64,000 nt of DNA from Octopus vulgaris (Eukaryota). The stretch is from positions 19,158,001-19,222,000 of the forward strand of contig OX597831.1 of NCBI GenBank assembly GCA_951406725.2. The letters run 5' to 3'. Below the pieces are notes generated by a model. The model worked only from the letters and a program-made list of their open reading frames with translations. It was not told the origin of the DNA and made no database searches. Below, piece by piece: positions 40,607-54,460 of the stretch; position 1 is the first letter of the stretch, and each line of letters begins with the position of its first letter. Position numbers and translations under genes: made by a program.

Positions 40607-40620
40607 GTTACTATGGCAAC
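40607..40620. promoter_or_regulatory. RFX X-box-like palindrome GTTACTATGGCAAC
   Basis: Close to the GTTRCCATGGYAAC consensus; CGGAAGT (ETS-like) and GTGCACGTGCAC lie within about 100 bp. Confidence 0.35.
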
Positions 40621-40683
40621 AGTCCGAATACTTACTGATCAGACCTCATAGATATTTTAGATTCATTTCCAACGTGCCACATA

Positions 40684-40756
40684 GTATTTAAATTGCAGGT
40701 GCAATAATAACGAATACGTATTTAAATTGCAGGTGCAATAATAACGAATACGTATT
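40684..40756. repeat. 34-bp direct tandem duplication
   Basis: GTATTTAAATTGCAGGTGCAATAATAACGAATAC twice. Confidence 0.9.
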
Positions 40757-41474
40757 ATTCATTAGTATGGTGGAAATATATTGACAATAAAAGACAATAA
40801 TAATTATTTCCTAATTTATTGTTGGTAATCAAAATCTCTAATTTGGTAACATCTTTATCCTGTATGGAGAAAGAGTCCAAATATTAAATCTCCATAAATA
40901 TAGTTATATGATAAAGTTTTTATCACTTGAATTTGAATTCCATCACACGAAGGTGGCTGTATTATGTGGCATTAAAGCAGTGATAAATCAGCGATGATTA
41001 AAATGGAATGGTAATTGGAATGCAAACCAAAACTTCATTCGTTCAGCGAGTTATGTTTACTGCCGCATAGTATCCTGAGATGACTATTAAATCTTAAATG
41101 ACACCCAGATCAACTGGTGGGCCATAGAGGAAGATTGATAGAGATTAGTTACATTTCATCTAATATATTGGGAATTAATTGCTTTGATCTGTCTGGCGTA
41201 GTACAGATGCACACCAAAATTTTTCAAACTGTTTCATGTAATATTAGTAGAAAACATCATGTATAATCTGATCAGACTGAGATGCACAGAACTGCATGGA
41301 CTGAAAGAGAGATAGGCTATCTTCTGGAGCAAATGGATTTGTTACATTAGTGCAAGACGAAACGCTAGGTTATGGCGCTTACCCACCATTCTTAAAAAAG
41401 AGGTCATCTAAAGTTATTCATGTTCATTTTTTCCTCGAAGCTTTACGAACTGAGAACGCAAAAATGTTTATATA

Positions 41475-41637
41475 GGCGTAGGAGTGGCGGCGTGGTAAGT
41501 AGCTTGTTTACCAACCACATGTTTCCAAGTTCAGTCCCACTGCGTGGTACCGTTGGCAAGTGTCTTCAACTATAGCCTCGGGTCAACCAAAGACTTGTGA
41601 GTGGATTTGGTAGACGGAAACTGAAAGAAACCCGTCG

Positions 41638-41679
<42 letters not shown>

Positions 41680-41894
41680 TGTGTCTGTGTTTGCCCCCCC
41701 CCCCCCCAATATCGCTTGACAACCGATGCTGGTGTATTCACGTCACTGTAACGTAGAGTTTAGGTAAAAAAAAGAACCGATGGAATAAGTACTAAGCTTA
41801 CAAAGAATAAATCCTGGGGTCGATTTGCTCGATTAAAGGCAGTGCTCCAGTTTGACCGCAGTCAAATCTCCGAAACAAGTAAAAGAGTAAAAGA
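41475..41894 (+). mobile_element. Full-length tRNA-derived SINE, family 1
   Basis: A/B-box-like head (GGAGTGGCGGCGTGGTAAG; AGTTCAGTCCC), internal (TA)(TG) tract, AAAAGAGT tail. Confidence 0.88.
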
Positions 41895-43294
41895 ACTAAA
41901 GGCATCGTTGTATTGTTCTTCTTTCCTCCTTCCAACGTCAACCATGTAAATTGCATTGTCAAAATCTCACGTATTTTCTCAAGCATTTGTATCAATTCGA
42001 TAGAAAGCTGGCTCCCTTTGAATTGGAACTTAAAACCTACAAAACTACATGAAGATTGTCGATTAGTTCGAAGGTTCTAAAATGACACTAGTATTTTTTA
42101 CTACTCCAGGAAATTGAATGGATGAAGTTGAAACATAATGAAGAATTTATTGTATATTCTATAAAAACAAAATACTGCCGAAAATATTTTCCAGACAGTT
42201 GCAAGCCAGCATTGAATAAAGAAATTCCATTTGGGGAAATCGCTAAAAACGTAGTTATATGGATAGAAATAAACATATCGTTAATAGAAATATGGAAAGA
42301 GATACAATAGAAGCAAGGAAGAAAAAAGAAAACAGAATGTTAATAAGGAAGATACAGAGGTAAAGGTAGTTACCCCTCCGGGGCTTAGCGTAAAAGTCGC
42401 TTATGTTAAGATGCAAATTTTGAAGGAGGCAAAAGCGGAAAGAAAAATGTTGGAAATGAGTGAAAATAAAAAATTAAGCCGCAAGAAAATAAGAAAGCTA
42501 AAATAAGATGAAGAGGAAAAAAATATAAGTTGTGTGATTCTTAAAGACGTTACAAAGAAAACGATTAGTCAGACTCACATTAAATGAAAGCGTGAAATAG
42601 TTTGCAACTTTCAATAGAAAATGTAGAGTCAAGATTTTTGTTTAGCTTTGAGGGAAAAGTTGTCAATTTATAAAGAAAATGCGTTCTTCATTCGAAGTGT
42701 CTTTAAACGTTTCGCTAATACACTGCTATCGACATAGAGGTGCTGTTTACATAGGAGACTGAACGAATTTGTTTAGCGGAGGCACTTGCCGTGTCTTCCA
42801 TAAACTTTGTTAATAGCAACATGAAAAAGCATTGTTTTTAATATAAATATATTGGAAATATTACGAGCTTTATCAAGTTATTTGAAACTTCAAAGTATGG
42901 AATAAATAATTTCAATAATAGCTCATTTTGATCGTATGCAAAATAAAATATCGATCACCATAAATTTGCGCACGCAACTGTTTTAAATGTTGCTGCACAC
43001 CATAAAATATAGGAAAAAATTATGATATATATAGAAAATTGAAATGTAGAGATAAGAATTACCTGAGACTATACACACACCCTTTGTAACGAACAAAGCA
43101 AACAGCGAATATATCTTCCTTGATAACATTTCATTATTAATAGTTTGCAGGTTTGTAAATCCTCAGGAATTGACCACCAGAAATTCGGCCAGGTAAAAGC
43201 CACCTAAATGTAAATTATCTCTTTAAGATATAAACAGTTTGTTGTTACCTTTTAGAAAGTACACAGGTAGACAAATACATTAATGGATTCCAAT

Positions 43295-43680
43295 TTGGGG
43301 ACAAGGCTAAAACTTTCGGGATTGGTGCTATGTCCATTAGATCGAACCTAGTCCTAAAATGGTCCTTATTTCATCGACCACCGAAAGAATGAAAAGAAAA
43401 GTCGACCTCGGGGAAATTTGAACTCAGAACGTAAAGACAGGCGAAATACCTATTTCTTTACTACCCACAAGGGGCTAAACACAGAAAGGACAAACAAGGA
43501 CAAACAAACGGATTAAATCGATTACATCGACCCCAGTGCGTAACTGGTACTTAATTTATCGACCTCGAAAGTATGAAAGTCAAAGTCGACCTCGGAGCAA
43601 TTTGAACTCAGAACGTAACGGCAGACGAAATACTGCTAAGCATTTCGCCCGGCCTGCTAACGTTTCTGCCAGCTCGCCGT
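43295..43680 (-). mobile_element. SINE family 2, dimeric copy
   Basis: Reverse complement of the units at 46203-47105. Confidence 0.85.
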
Positions 43681-44500
43681 CCTAAGATGATGAATTACAT
43701 TATAAACAAATGTAAAATACTACTAACGAAAGGGAATAGGTTGGGTCTATATGTTACACATATACATGTGTACTTATCTACATACATACTTACATACATA
43801 AATGCATGCATACATACATACATTCATACATACATGCATACACGCCTGCGTAGATAGCAACATGTGTGAGTGTGTTGATTGGTTGTTTCATTCATTTTTT
43901 GATTAATTGATCGATTGTTTGCAAGGAAAAGACTGACGGAGACATTTTCCGCATAGAATTTGAAAAACTATGTACAATTCTAAAAAGATTTACTAATCAT
44001 TGATTTTAAAACTGAATTGTTTTTACAGAGAATTCCGTCGCTTGGTAGCTTTTGCTTATTGGTTTTGGTGATTTGGGGCTTATACTGTTGCGGTGAAACA
44101 TAGAAAAACCCTTCTGCCCTCCATCTATCGCGAAAGCTGGACGGAGAGCTAGCGGCAGAATAATTCGGTTTGTGCTCCTGTTTATCAATTATGAAATGAA
44201 GGACGTTGCACAAGAACCGAACGCACTGCCCGGGATAAGAATTGAGCCACGACATTTATGGGAGTGTGACAAATAGCTGGTCACCAGGTTGCGAATATTA
44301 TAGATATATGCATTTAGTATTAACATTTAATATCAAAATTCATATTTGCTTGTCCTTTATATATATCCCAGTCTATTCGTGACATTCACCTTCTAAAAGT
44401 TATTCTTTAACCTCACTAAATTCATTCTAGCCGTTTCGAAATATAAAATATAAACATAAATGTAAATGTATATACACACACACACACAAACATATATATA

Positions 44501-44580
<80 letters not shown>

Positions 44581-44582
<2 letters not shown>

Positions 44583-44675
44583 CGTAGGTGTGGTTGTGTG
44601 ATAAGAAGCTTGCATCCCAACGACATGGTTTCGGGTTCAGTTCCTTGTGTGACACCTTGCACAAGTGACTTCTAA
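44581..44675 (+). mobile_element. SINE family 1, 5' fragment
   Basis: GGCGTAGGTGTGGTTGTGTGATAAGAAGCTTGC..GGGTTCAGTTCC. Confidence 0.75.
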
Positions 44676-44709
44676 TTTACCCTCTCAGTGAGACAGACGG
44701 GACAGGGAC

Positions 44710-45134
44710 ATGCGGGAATCTTTATTGATCACTACATTTATTTCGACCCATCTAGCATCAATCCATCGCGGGTGTAACTCTGAACATCTGGTTTAGCTGT
44801 ATCCCTCGGTGTAGATGTGTCTTTGTCGGGTGATTTCAATAAAATAGGCTCTGTGTTTTTGTTGTATTGCGTATTTTCTTTTTCAATCTGTTATTTGTTT
44901 TGGTTCTTCTAACGGTTTTGAGCTACGTACCTTAATCTGCCACTTCCGTATAATAATACCATGCAGAACACATGTGAAACAGAATTTATTTTAAAGTGAT
45001 TCCTGTAAAAATCGCCTGAAGAAACTCTTCTATGCCGAGGGATACACCTGAATGAGATGTTCAGAGTCCCACCCGCGACGAATAGATGCTAGATGGGTGG
45101 ACACAATTTAAGCGATCAATAAAGATACTCGCAT
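44710..45134. mobile_element. MITE-like element with about 105-bp imperfect inverted repeats
   Basis: ATCTTTATTGATC, ACCCATCTAGCATC, CTCTGAACATCT and TGTATCCCTCGG blocks are mirrored at 45029-45134. Confidence 0.75.
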
Positions 45135-45231
45135 CTTCCATATTCAATCTCTTTTATTAAACATGTGTGTGTGTATACATATGTGTATCTGTATACTTAC
45201 GTACACGTGTGTGTATTTGTAATACACATTT

Positions 45232-45398
<167 letters not shown>

Positions 45399-46202
45399 AA
45401 GAAAATATTGATAGATTATGGTTTGACTGTCCAAACGTATATCACTTACCAATAACGATCTACGACATTTATCAGACAAGATGAAATCTTGAAACTTGCA
45501 GAAGACTGGCGCAATACATTGGAAAAAGCTACACACACCATATAAGGCGAGGAACCTACTTATCTTTGTTTATTTTGCCTATAGTACATTCTCCAAAAAC
45601 TCTGTATAGTACATTCTGTATGACGCAAATCCAGCGTAAACATAGATACCTATTATTTGATAGTGAATTATTGATACAAACGATAATTGAATCTCAAAAC
45701 ATAGAATCCCCTATGAATGACGCGAAATGCTCATGAAACCTTAGAACTACATTTCTAATACATCGAATAGTTGCAGTTCTCGAAAAAAGGTAGCTATTCA
45801 GAAAGATGACTTTACAGAAAGAAAATTAATGTAGAAATTGTCATAATGCGTAAAACTGAAACAAGTCTACATCTTAGATAAAAGTTCTAAAGAAACTAAA
45901 GAAATAATTTACATATTATTATATTTTCGCTTTGTAATAAACACAGATAATGTTATTGCTTTTACTTTCATAAGTATTTTTTGCTAATTTCAACGTCTGG
46001 TGCTTTAATGAATTTCTTAATATAAACTTGTTTGAACAAGTATTCAGTGGTAAATATTTGCCTTCTCTAAAAGTTTATATACATTACGTGTACAAAATAT
46101 ATTATTACCTTTTATTCTGACATTTTTAATAATTTGAACAACATGTTGAAGTGACATGTAATCATACTTATGACACGTCAGTACTTTCAATGTATACAAC
46201 AC

Positions 46203-47105
46203 GGCGAGCTGGCAGGAACATTATCACGCCGAGCGAAATGCTTAGCGGTATTTCGTCTGCCGCTAAGGTCTGAGTTCAAATTCCGCCGAGGTCAACTTTG
46301 CCTTTCATCCTTTCGGGGTCGACTAAATAAGTACCAGTTAGACACTGGGGTAGATATAATCGACTTAATCCGTTTGTCTGTCCTTGTTTGTCCTCTCTGT
46401 GTTTAGCCCCTTGTAGGTAGTAAAGAAATAGGTATTTCGTCTGCCGATACGTTCTGAGTTCAAATTACTCCGAGGTCGACTTTGCCTTTCATACTTTCGG
46501 GGTCAATAAATTAGTACCAGTTACGCACTGGTGGCCGATGTAATCGACTTAATCCGTTTGTCTGTCCTTGTTTGTCCTCTCTTAGTTTAGCCCCTTGTGG
46601 GTAATAAAGAAATAGGTATTTCATCTGCCGCTACATTCTGAGTTAAAATTCCGCCGAGGTCGAATGTGCCTTTCATCGTTTCAGGGTCGATTAAATAAGT
46701 ACCAGTTAAGCACTGGGGTCGATGCATTCGACTTAATCCCTTTGTCTGTTCTTGTTTGTCCTCTCTATGTTTGGCCCCTTGTGTGCAATAAAGAACTAAG
46801 AAACGTAGCGTGCCGGGCTAAATGCTTAGTGGTATTTTATCTGCCGCTACGTTCCGAGTTCAAATTCCGCTGAGGTCGACTTTGCCTTTCATCCCTACGG
46901 GAGCGATTAAATAAGTACCAGTTACGCATTGGGGTTGATGTAATCGACTTAATTCCATTGTCGGTCCTTGTTTGTCCCCTCTATGTTTGTCCCCTTGTGG
47001 GCAATAAAGAAATAAGAAACGTTAGCACGTTGGAAAGAATGCCTAGCAGCTTTTCGCCAGTCGTTACGTTCTGAGTTCAAATTCCATTGATGTTAACTTT
47101 GGTTT
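46203..47105 (+). mobile_element. Head-to-tail array of about 4.5 SINE family 2 units (184 to about 220 bp)
   Basis: GGTATTTCGTCTGCCG..TGAGTTCAAATTCCGCCGAGGTCGACTTTGCCTTTCATC recurs at about 46247, 46431, 46615, 46831 and 47050. Confidence 0.88.
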
Positions 47106-47182
47106 CGACAATGTTGTTTGTTATATCAGTATATGTTATCGAAAAATAAAGAAAAACATAACGTTTATTTTCACAAAGATAT

Positions 47183-47562
47183 CCTTTTATCTGTTTCTGT
47201 CATTTGACTGCGGACATGCTGGAGGAGAGTCTTAAAGCGTGTTAGACGAAGAAATCCACAGCAGGATTTATTCTATGTAAGCCTTTTACTATTGTTCTAT
47301 TTGCCGAAGCGCTGATTTACAAGGACATAAACACACCCGCATCGGTTGGCAAGCGATGCTGGAGAGAAAAACCCACAAATACACAAATATATTCACATAC
47401 GACGGGCTTCTTCCAGTTTCCCTCTACCAAATCCACTCACAGGGCTTTGGTCAGTCTGAGGCTATAGTAGAGGACACTTTCCCAATGTGCCACGCAGTTG
47501 TACCGAACCCAGAATCATGTGGTTGAGAAGTAAGCTTCTTACCACAGAGCTACGCCTGCGCC
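47183..47562 (-). mobile_element. SINE family 1
   Basis: Reverse complement of the 41475-41894 pattern. Confidence 0.8.
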
Positions 47563-48349
47563 TATTAAATGCGTATATATTACTTTTATTAGAGTATTAT
47601 GATATCTTAGTTTTACCGACAAGGACAATCATTCAAGTATGTTCTCTTTCCATTTAGATATTATATAATATACTACATAATAATACTATTGCAAGATTGC
47701 GAGGATGTCGTTGATGTGGGTTCGCAATGTCGTTAAGTGTCAATTGATGGACATTTTAGATTTAGCGGAGATGCATCATCCATGTTTTACAAAGCAAACT
47801 CGTTCATATGGAAATTATATTCCACTGCTATTACTTTATTATTTCAAAAGCACAGCATACAGAGAAAGAGAAGGGAACGTCTTCACATTTCAGGAATAAT
47901 AATGCAGTGATGCTCGGTGTAATCTTTGATTTAATCATTGCATCGTAGTTACGCATGTGTGTATGTATTTGTGCATTTAAATGTAAAATTGAAATTCTAC
48001 GCATGCTGTAGCCTCCAAAATGTTCTGAGATAAAACATATAGGACTTTCAACTGAATATATATTCCATGGTACCAAATGAGTACAAAACAGGAATTCGAT
48101 ATTCTTTTTAGTTTTTCTCTTTTATTCTTTTATATTGTTTCAGTGATTAGACAGCCGCCATGCTCGGGCGCCGCCTTGCAGAATTTTAGTCCAACGGATC
48201 TATCCCAATACTTATTTTTTAAAAGCTTATTACTTATTCTGGCTATGTATTAGGATAGGCCGCTCAGTTACGGGTACGTAAGCACAACAACGGCTGTCAA
48301 ACGGTGGCGTGAGAATAAAGTCACATGCATATACATACATACATGCATG

Positions 48350-48406
<57 letters not shown>

Positions 48407-48409
<3 letters not shown>

Positions 48410-49950
48410 AATTGAGATAGGGGTTGTAAATGCAACCATCCATGGGATAACATATATCCAATATACTGCTAGTGAGGTAACCAACAAAGTTAATACATAA
48501 ATGTTGATGATTGCGATGCAATCAATTCATTTACTGTATTATATGGGCAAAGGTAAAATGATTTACCACAAATTACTAATACAAGATAAGAAAATGGAGA
48601 AATACATCTAAATCAAATATCAATTCCCAGATAATACTCAATCACATACTTTATTAAACCACCACATAAGAGACTGTAGGGTTAAATATAAAAAGCAGAA
48701 CAAATCAGTGTACATAAAGGAATGTACATAAAAAAGTGTATATAAACGAGGAATGTTGTATAATAAGTAGAATATATATAAAAGAGAAAATAAATATAAG
48801 TAAATATAAATATAAGTATAGATTACATCTTACAGCTGTTTCGGCCATGTAGATAAGTATGTCTCATTTTACCAATATTAACCCTTTATGGTTGGTCAAT
48901 ATATAGATATAAATGAGACATTTACAAAATTATCATAAGGCCTCTTCGGAGATTATGTAATATAAATCAGTCTACATATATACCCACATGGGTGTGGGTG
49001 CATGCCCATAATACAACATATACATATACATATGAGTGAATATACTCATACTCTTATACATATAAAAATATACATATACATAATGATATAAATAAATAAT
49101 ATAAATTAGTAAACATATATATGTGTTCCACATTCAATGTCTCAGTTTTTCGACTTAAGAATAACAACTTGAGGGGTAATCCACATAGTGATGACGATAC
49201 ACTATGGCTAATAATACCATATGCAATGCAGATTAAAACGGATATAGTCAGAACTATACATAAAGTAATATATAGACTATTTACTAAGGGTAAGTATAAA
49301 TTTAGCCAAATAATTAACAATAGAATTATTAGAATAGGATATAGTAACACGAATAATCTAGCCACCATCATCTCCTCCTTCAACAACAAGAAATTGGATT
49401 GCTTCTATAATGATAGAAAGATAAATATGGGTAGTAGTGAAAATAAGTGCAATAATATCAACAGAAATAGGGCTACGCAGATTTCTACCAGGGTTAAATC
49501 TCCTCAATCGGTTAATGGCTGCAATTGCAGAAGCAAGAATCAATGTGTGTTTGGTAATAAATGCCTGAGGAGAGAGGTGGTTTACCAATGCACTGTAAAT
49601 ACAAAATAGAATAGCAGGGTGTATATTGATAACTAAAAATAGTATAAAACAACGGCTAAACTATCATAGATATACTTTAAAAATAAAAATAGGATGAACT
49701 CTACGGGGTTAAGTACGTATATCTGGGAACTCAAGAGTAAGAACATAGATTTAAAATTAGATTGGGAAATACTAACATCTGCACCTGTATACAATAGTAG
49801 AAATAAAAATGCTCTTTATGTATCAATGGAATTTTCTTCATCATCAAAGCCGGCCAACCCATTATTAACAGCATTAATGAGCGAAATTTTTTTTGCCTTC
49901 ACAAATTGGCGTACACTTTCTCTAGATTTAAATAACATCTAATTCTTCTA
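48407..49950 (+). mobile_element. 5'-truncated Penelope-like element (Naiad-like GIY-YIG end) preceded by an inverted terminal repeat
   Basis: WLIIPY, IRIGYSNTNNLATIISSFNNK, CNCRSKNQCVFGNKCL..VVYQCTV, STGLSTYIWELK, CSLC and CLH motifs with stops/frameshifts; starts at (TA)n. Confidence 0.85.
48828..48952 (-). ncRNA. Hammerhead motif in the inverted PLE terminal repeat (CCGA core variant)
   Basis: Minus strand: TCT-CCGAAGA-GGCC..(about 90-nt insert containing TGTCTCATTT/AAATGAGACA)..GGCC-GAAA-CAGCTG-TA-AGA. Confidence 0.7.
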
Positions 49951-51420
49951 CCAGTAACCTTTTAGCATTCATCTATATAGAACTGTACTATTGGTCCTTA
50001 CAATTTATATTTTATAACTTTTGTATCTCCATGTATGTGTTCTACATTGATTGTTTCTGTCCCGACTGGAAAAATATACAAAAATATATAGTTATTCTGA
50101 TATATGCATGGTATTCGGAACCCCACAGAGTCTTTTATAGGTGTAAGATGTATATGCGCATCATATCTTAGGGCACTAGTTTGAGTTTTTACTATACCAA
50201 TATGTAATATTTAAGAGTCTATAATTACTATAAGTTGTTTATCTCGATGAGCATATAAGGTGGGCTTTTTTTCTTTTTTTTACGGTTGGTTTGTTGGGGG
50301 TTGTGCGATTTCTGCGGCACAGGCGTGGGCCCGGGTGGCGCTGCACCGGAGTTTGTGAATTTAAAATTGTCATTATCTTCCTCACGGTTGGTCAATTGAG
50401 AGCCGCCTGACCTCCACCACACCGCACAAGCAATTATAAAGTATTGTAGTTACGATATATCTTTTTCTAATGTTAGTTTTCGAATTGGCAGGCTCGTTTA
50501 TATTAATAACAAAATATTTAGATATGCCTTCACTAATGTTTATATAAGAAAACATATCATGGCATTGGTGTAATGATGGCTAATGATGTTGGTTGAAACG
50601 TCTGACACTAAATGCCGTAAATAATTTAGATGTAAAGTAAGTCAGAACAGTGTTAGGTCACTGAATAATTGTAACACAATTCAAAATGACATACCTTTTC
50701 TTGTTTGGGACACACGTCGACATTTGGAAAGTACAAGAGGTGAACGGATATCATCAATATATCACTTTGCCTTTGTGGCCGGAGGATGGCAATCTTTACA
50801 TGTAGGGATACTACAGTTATAGCGTTATACAGATTATAATTAATATAAATCTAATGATGGTAATTTTGTCATCAGTTATACGAGTTATATGTCGATGTGT
50901 TCAGTGTTTCTAACTCCATTTGCTTCATGATTCTTACTCATAATCTCAGTATGGGAGGTGATTTCCTTTCTGATTTTCTCTCTCTATGTATCTCCCTACC
51001 TGAGTGATCGATAGGTAACTTGCTCTTTCTGATTGATAACATATTTTTTATATAATTAAGGTACATGATGTTTGGAAAAACGTTTGGTAAATGCATTAAT
51101 CGTGATGTGAGGTTATGCACCTGGTATTTTTAAAGACACAAATAGTTCCAAACCATTCCTACCTCTATAAGTTGCTACTGCAAGTCGCAGGTCATAGCAT
51201 TTTCCTTCTGGATAACTCTTAAACTATTTCCAAAGTAAATAACCTCCGACAGATGAAATTCTATTATTGCAAACGTTAAATTCTATATTATTAGATATAC
51301 CATCTCTGATGTGTAGATACATAAGTATTTATATCTCATATGATATACAAACATACAGGGATACAAATGCATAGAAATTTATGCCATGGTCATTTACCAC
51401 ACCAAGGGTCTCCTCATATG

Positions 51421-51513
<93 letters not shown>

Positions 51514-51514
<1 letters not shown>

Positions 51515-51730
51515 CTATAATTATAAGCATAATTATAATTAGGGTTCAACAAATTGCTTCATCACATGCCGAAATTTAGAAATAGCAGTTAAATACTATT
51601 CCTCTACCATAAGAGATATCTGGGAAATATCTTATCGTAGAAGAATAGCATTTAACTGCTATTTCTAAATTTCTGTATGTGGTGAAGGAATTTGCTGAAC
51701 CCTTATTATAATTATGCTTATAATTATAGA
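51514..51730. repeat. (TA)n-adjacent fold-back with about 100-bp arms
   Basis: TCTATAATTATAAGCATAATTATAA..GAAATTTAGAAATAGCAGTTAAAT is mirrored by ATTTAACTGCTATTTCTAAATTTC..TTATAATTATGCTTATAATTATAGA. Confidence 0.85.
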
Positions 51731-52693
51731 ATTTTTGTATCAGGTTATCGATAAAGGTTATTTTAACATACCGAACTACTTGGTAAAATTTTTAATTAAT
51801 TTTACCCTTTATTATTATTGAGTATATATATATCTATATGTATGTGTGTGTATATATATATTTATATGTATGTGTGTATATATATATGTGTGTTTGAGTT
51901 TGTGTGTGTGTGCATGTGCATGCGTGCTCATGTGTGAGTGTGTATAGGCATTATTTCTGTTACTTATTGGTGGTTTATTAGAACGTCTGGCTGGGCTAGA
52001 ATATGTGCATCTAAATAATTGCTTTCAGTCGTTCTACCTCGACGCCAAACAAATTTATTCTGATCACATTCATACACTGTTTGAGAAAAGCTTTTAAAAT
52101 AATTGCACGATTCGAAGTCTCATGAAATACGTAATCACGTAATGCTTCTATTGCGCAACTAAAATTGTTTTAACCGATTTCTATTACTTGAATTTCTTAA
52201 TCACATCCTATACTAAATACGAAAGGGACGAAACGAAGAGTATAATATAAACAAACGTTACATAATCATAAAGTATGTCTGATTTATCGATCGTTTTTAC
52301 ATAGGGGTAAATTACTTCATATTTATGCATACCTGCATACAAATGTGAGTGAACGCGTGTCTCCGTGTCTGTCCGTGTGTCTGAATGATTCGTTTCGGCT
52401 AGAGGATAAATTGCGGTAAATAATGGCGTTTAAATACTTGTTTGAAAAGCATTTGTGTTAGAAGAATTTGAAGGCAGCGTCTGATGTCTTCCAAGTGTTG
52501 GGTTTTGCGTTAAATTCCAATATTTATGCTGTGTTCACTACTATTTTAGCTTCTTTGAATTCAGCCATTAAACCGAAATATTCGAAATTTCTAATTTTTA
52601 TGACTTTAAACAATACATATACATACATCCATACACACACATATATTTAATAATAATAACAGCAGCAACAACTACAACAACAACAGCAACAAC

Positions 52694-52725
<32 letters not shown>

Positions 52726-52732
52726 CAACAAC

Positions 52733-53310
52733 ACCCACCGACAGGTATGAACATCATCGTGAGCCAGTCGCTAATGATAAAAATGTCACTACCCTCTGGG
52801 ATTTTTCAGTCAACCCCGACAGAACGTTCCAGGCTAATCGACCATACATAGTCATTAAAGAGGGATACTAAAATACTTGTAGATTAATATATATAAGTCT
52901 TCCCACTGATAAAAAGATATTTGTAAAAGAATTTGACAATTTAAGTAAATATAAGGACCTGGAAATTGATATACAAAAGATGTGGCATCCTAAACCGAGA
53001 ACTGTTCCTGTTAATGTGGGTGTCCTAGGTATGATAAGAAAGGGATGCTCGATTCATCTCGATGCTATCTCAGGAGAACCATGTATCAGAGAAATCCAAA
53101 GATTGTGCAGACAAGTGCTGCCCACATCCTAAGTAAAAACCTGTCAATTTAAATACGTATTGTATTACACAGAACTATATTGCTACGACCCCTGACACTT
53201 CCCCTCCTCAAACTTTCAGTCATACCTGTAACATCTCTTATAATTCCCTCACCCTAGGACGTTGGCATGTCTGGGTGAATGATTGTAAGAAATATGCAGA
53301 TTAAAAATAA
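52733..53310 (+). mobile_element. R4/Dong 3' fragment (RLE endonuclease region)
   Basis: Similar to 12600-13170 (LWDF, KEFDNLSKYKDLEIDIQKMWH, VGVLGMI); follows (AAT/AAC)n. Confidence 0.8.
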
Positions 53311-53823
53311 ATAATAAATATAATCCATGGCTTATAAATATAATAATGGCTGTCGTGGCTTCTCATCTGAACTGATTGGAAGTGTTATCATGTATATTGT
53401 TTTGTCTTGGTATAAAAGATGGGCTACGGGAAATATTCTGCTCAGTACCACAGATATGCTTGTCAGTTGCTTGACCATAACCATTTGAGCATGCCCCTTA
53501 GTGGCTGACGATATGTGCATCTCTGATCACGTGCAGAAGTGATGGGGGAGCATCATAACCCTGTGCTGAAAGGGATTCTTGGAAGTTTGGATAATTCACA
53601 TGTGAAAACATGGGTGTTTTATTCAACATACTTAAACAACCCATATTCAATGACCTTTTGAGGTTACTCGACCTGCAGACAATTCTAACTGGGCCACACC
53701 TGCAAACTCATGCGCTGTTAATCTTCGCGCATATATGTGATGCATGTGCCTGGTGTACCCCTATCAGGGCTTCGAATATTTTACCCCTGTGTCACTTTCA
53801 TGGCATGCACTGCTCTCTCACTC

Positions 53824-53884
<61 letters not shown>

Positions 53885-54460
53885 TTATAATGAACAAAAA
53901 GGAAAACGCATTGAAGGAAAAGAAAATGTGCGGTCAGTTTGGAAGAGATGTGAACGCTAAGACAATTACAGAGAACCGGTGGCTATAGATGAGGTAGAGT
54001 GACCTGAAGATAGAAACAGAAGCACTCATATGAGCAACTCAGGTACCAACCATAATGACGAATTATATGAAGTGCAGAATAGACAAAACTACCTATAGCG
54101 ACAAATGCAGAATATGTGGTGACAGGGGTGAAACGGTATGACGCATCGTAATTGCAAGCCCGAAATTGACACAACGTGAATGCAAAAGTTGCTCTGTTGA
54201 AAACACGGCCTGCAAAGAGCAAATACGTGGTATGAGTGAACTGCAGAAGGTACAGAAAATGATAATTGCAAAATCCTGTAGGATGCAATGATCCTCTACA
54301 ATCATCTGACCAGACATCGGAAACGGACATTGTTGATGTGAATAAAAAAGAAAGAACACGTATGATAATGGACCTAGCTTGCCTCGATGACAACGGGATC
54401 ATTATGAAAGAAGGAAATGTAGACTACTATGATGATTTAAAGTAGGAAATACGAACTTTG
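53885..54460 (+). mobile_element. Older R4/Dong fragment (Zn-knuckle region)
   Basis: KEKKMCGQF, DLKIETEALI and DKCRICGDRGETV fragments directly after (TAA)n. Confidence 0.7.

Noticed and set aside
46203-47105. CRISPR-like or retrozyme interpretation of the tandem array
   Set aside because: No unique spacers and no hammerhead core; units match a dispersed SINE.
53345-53822. Moderately GC-rich block between two Dong fragments
   Set aside because: Probably an interspersed repeat, but single copy in this window and no assignable protein motif.
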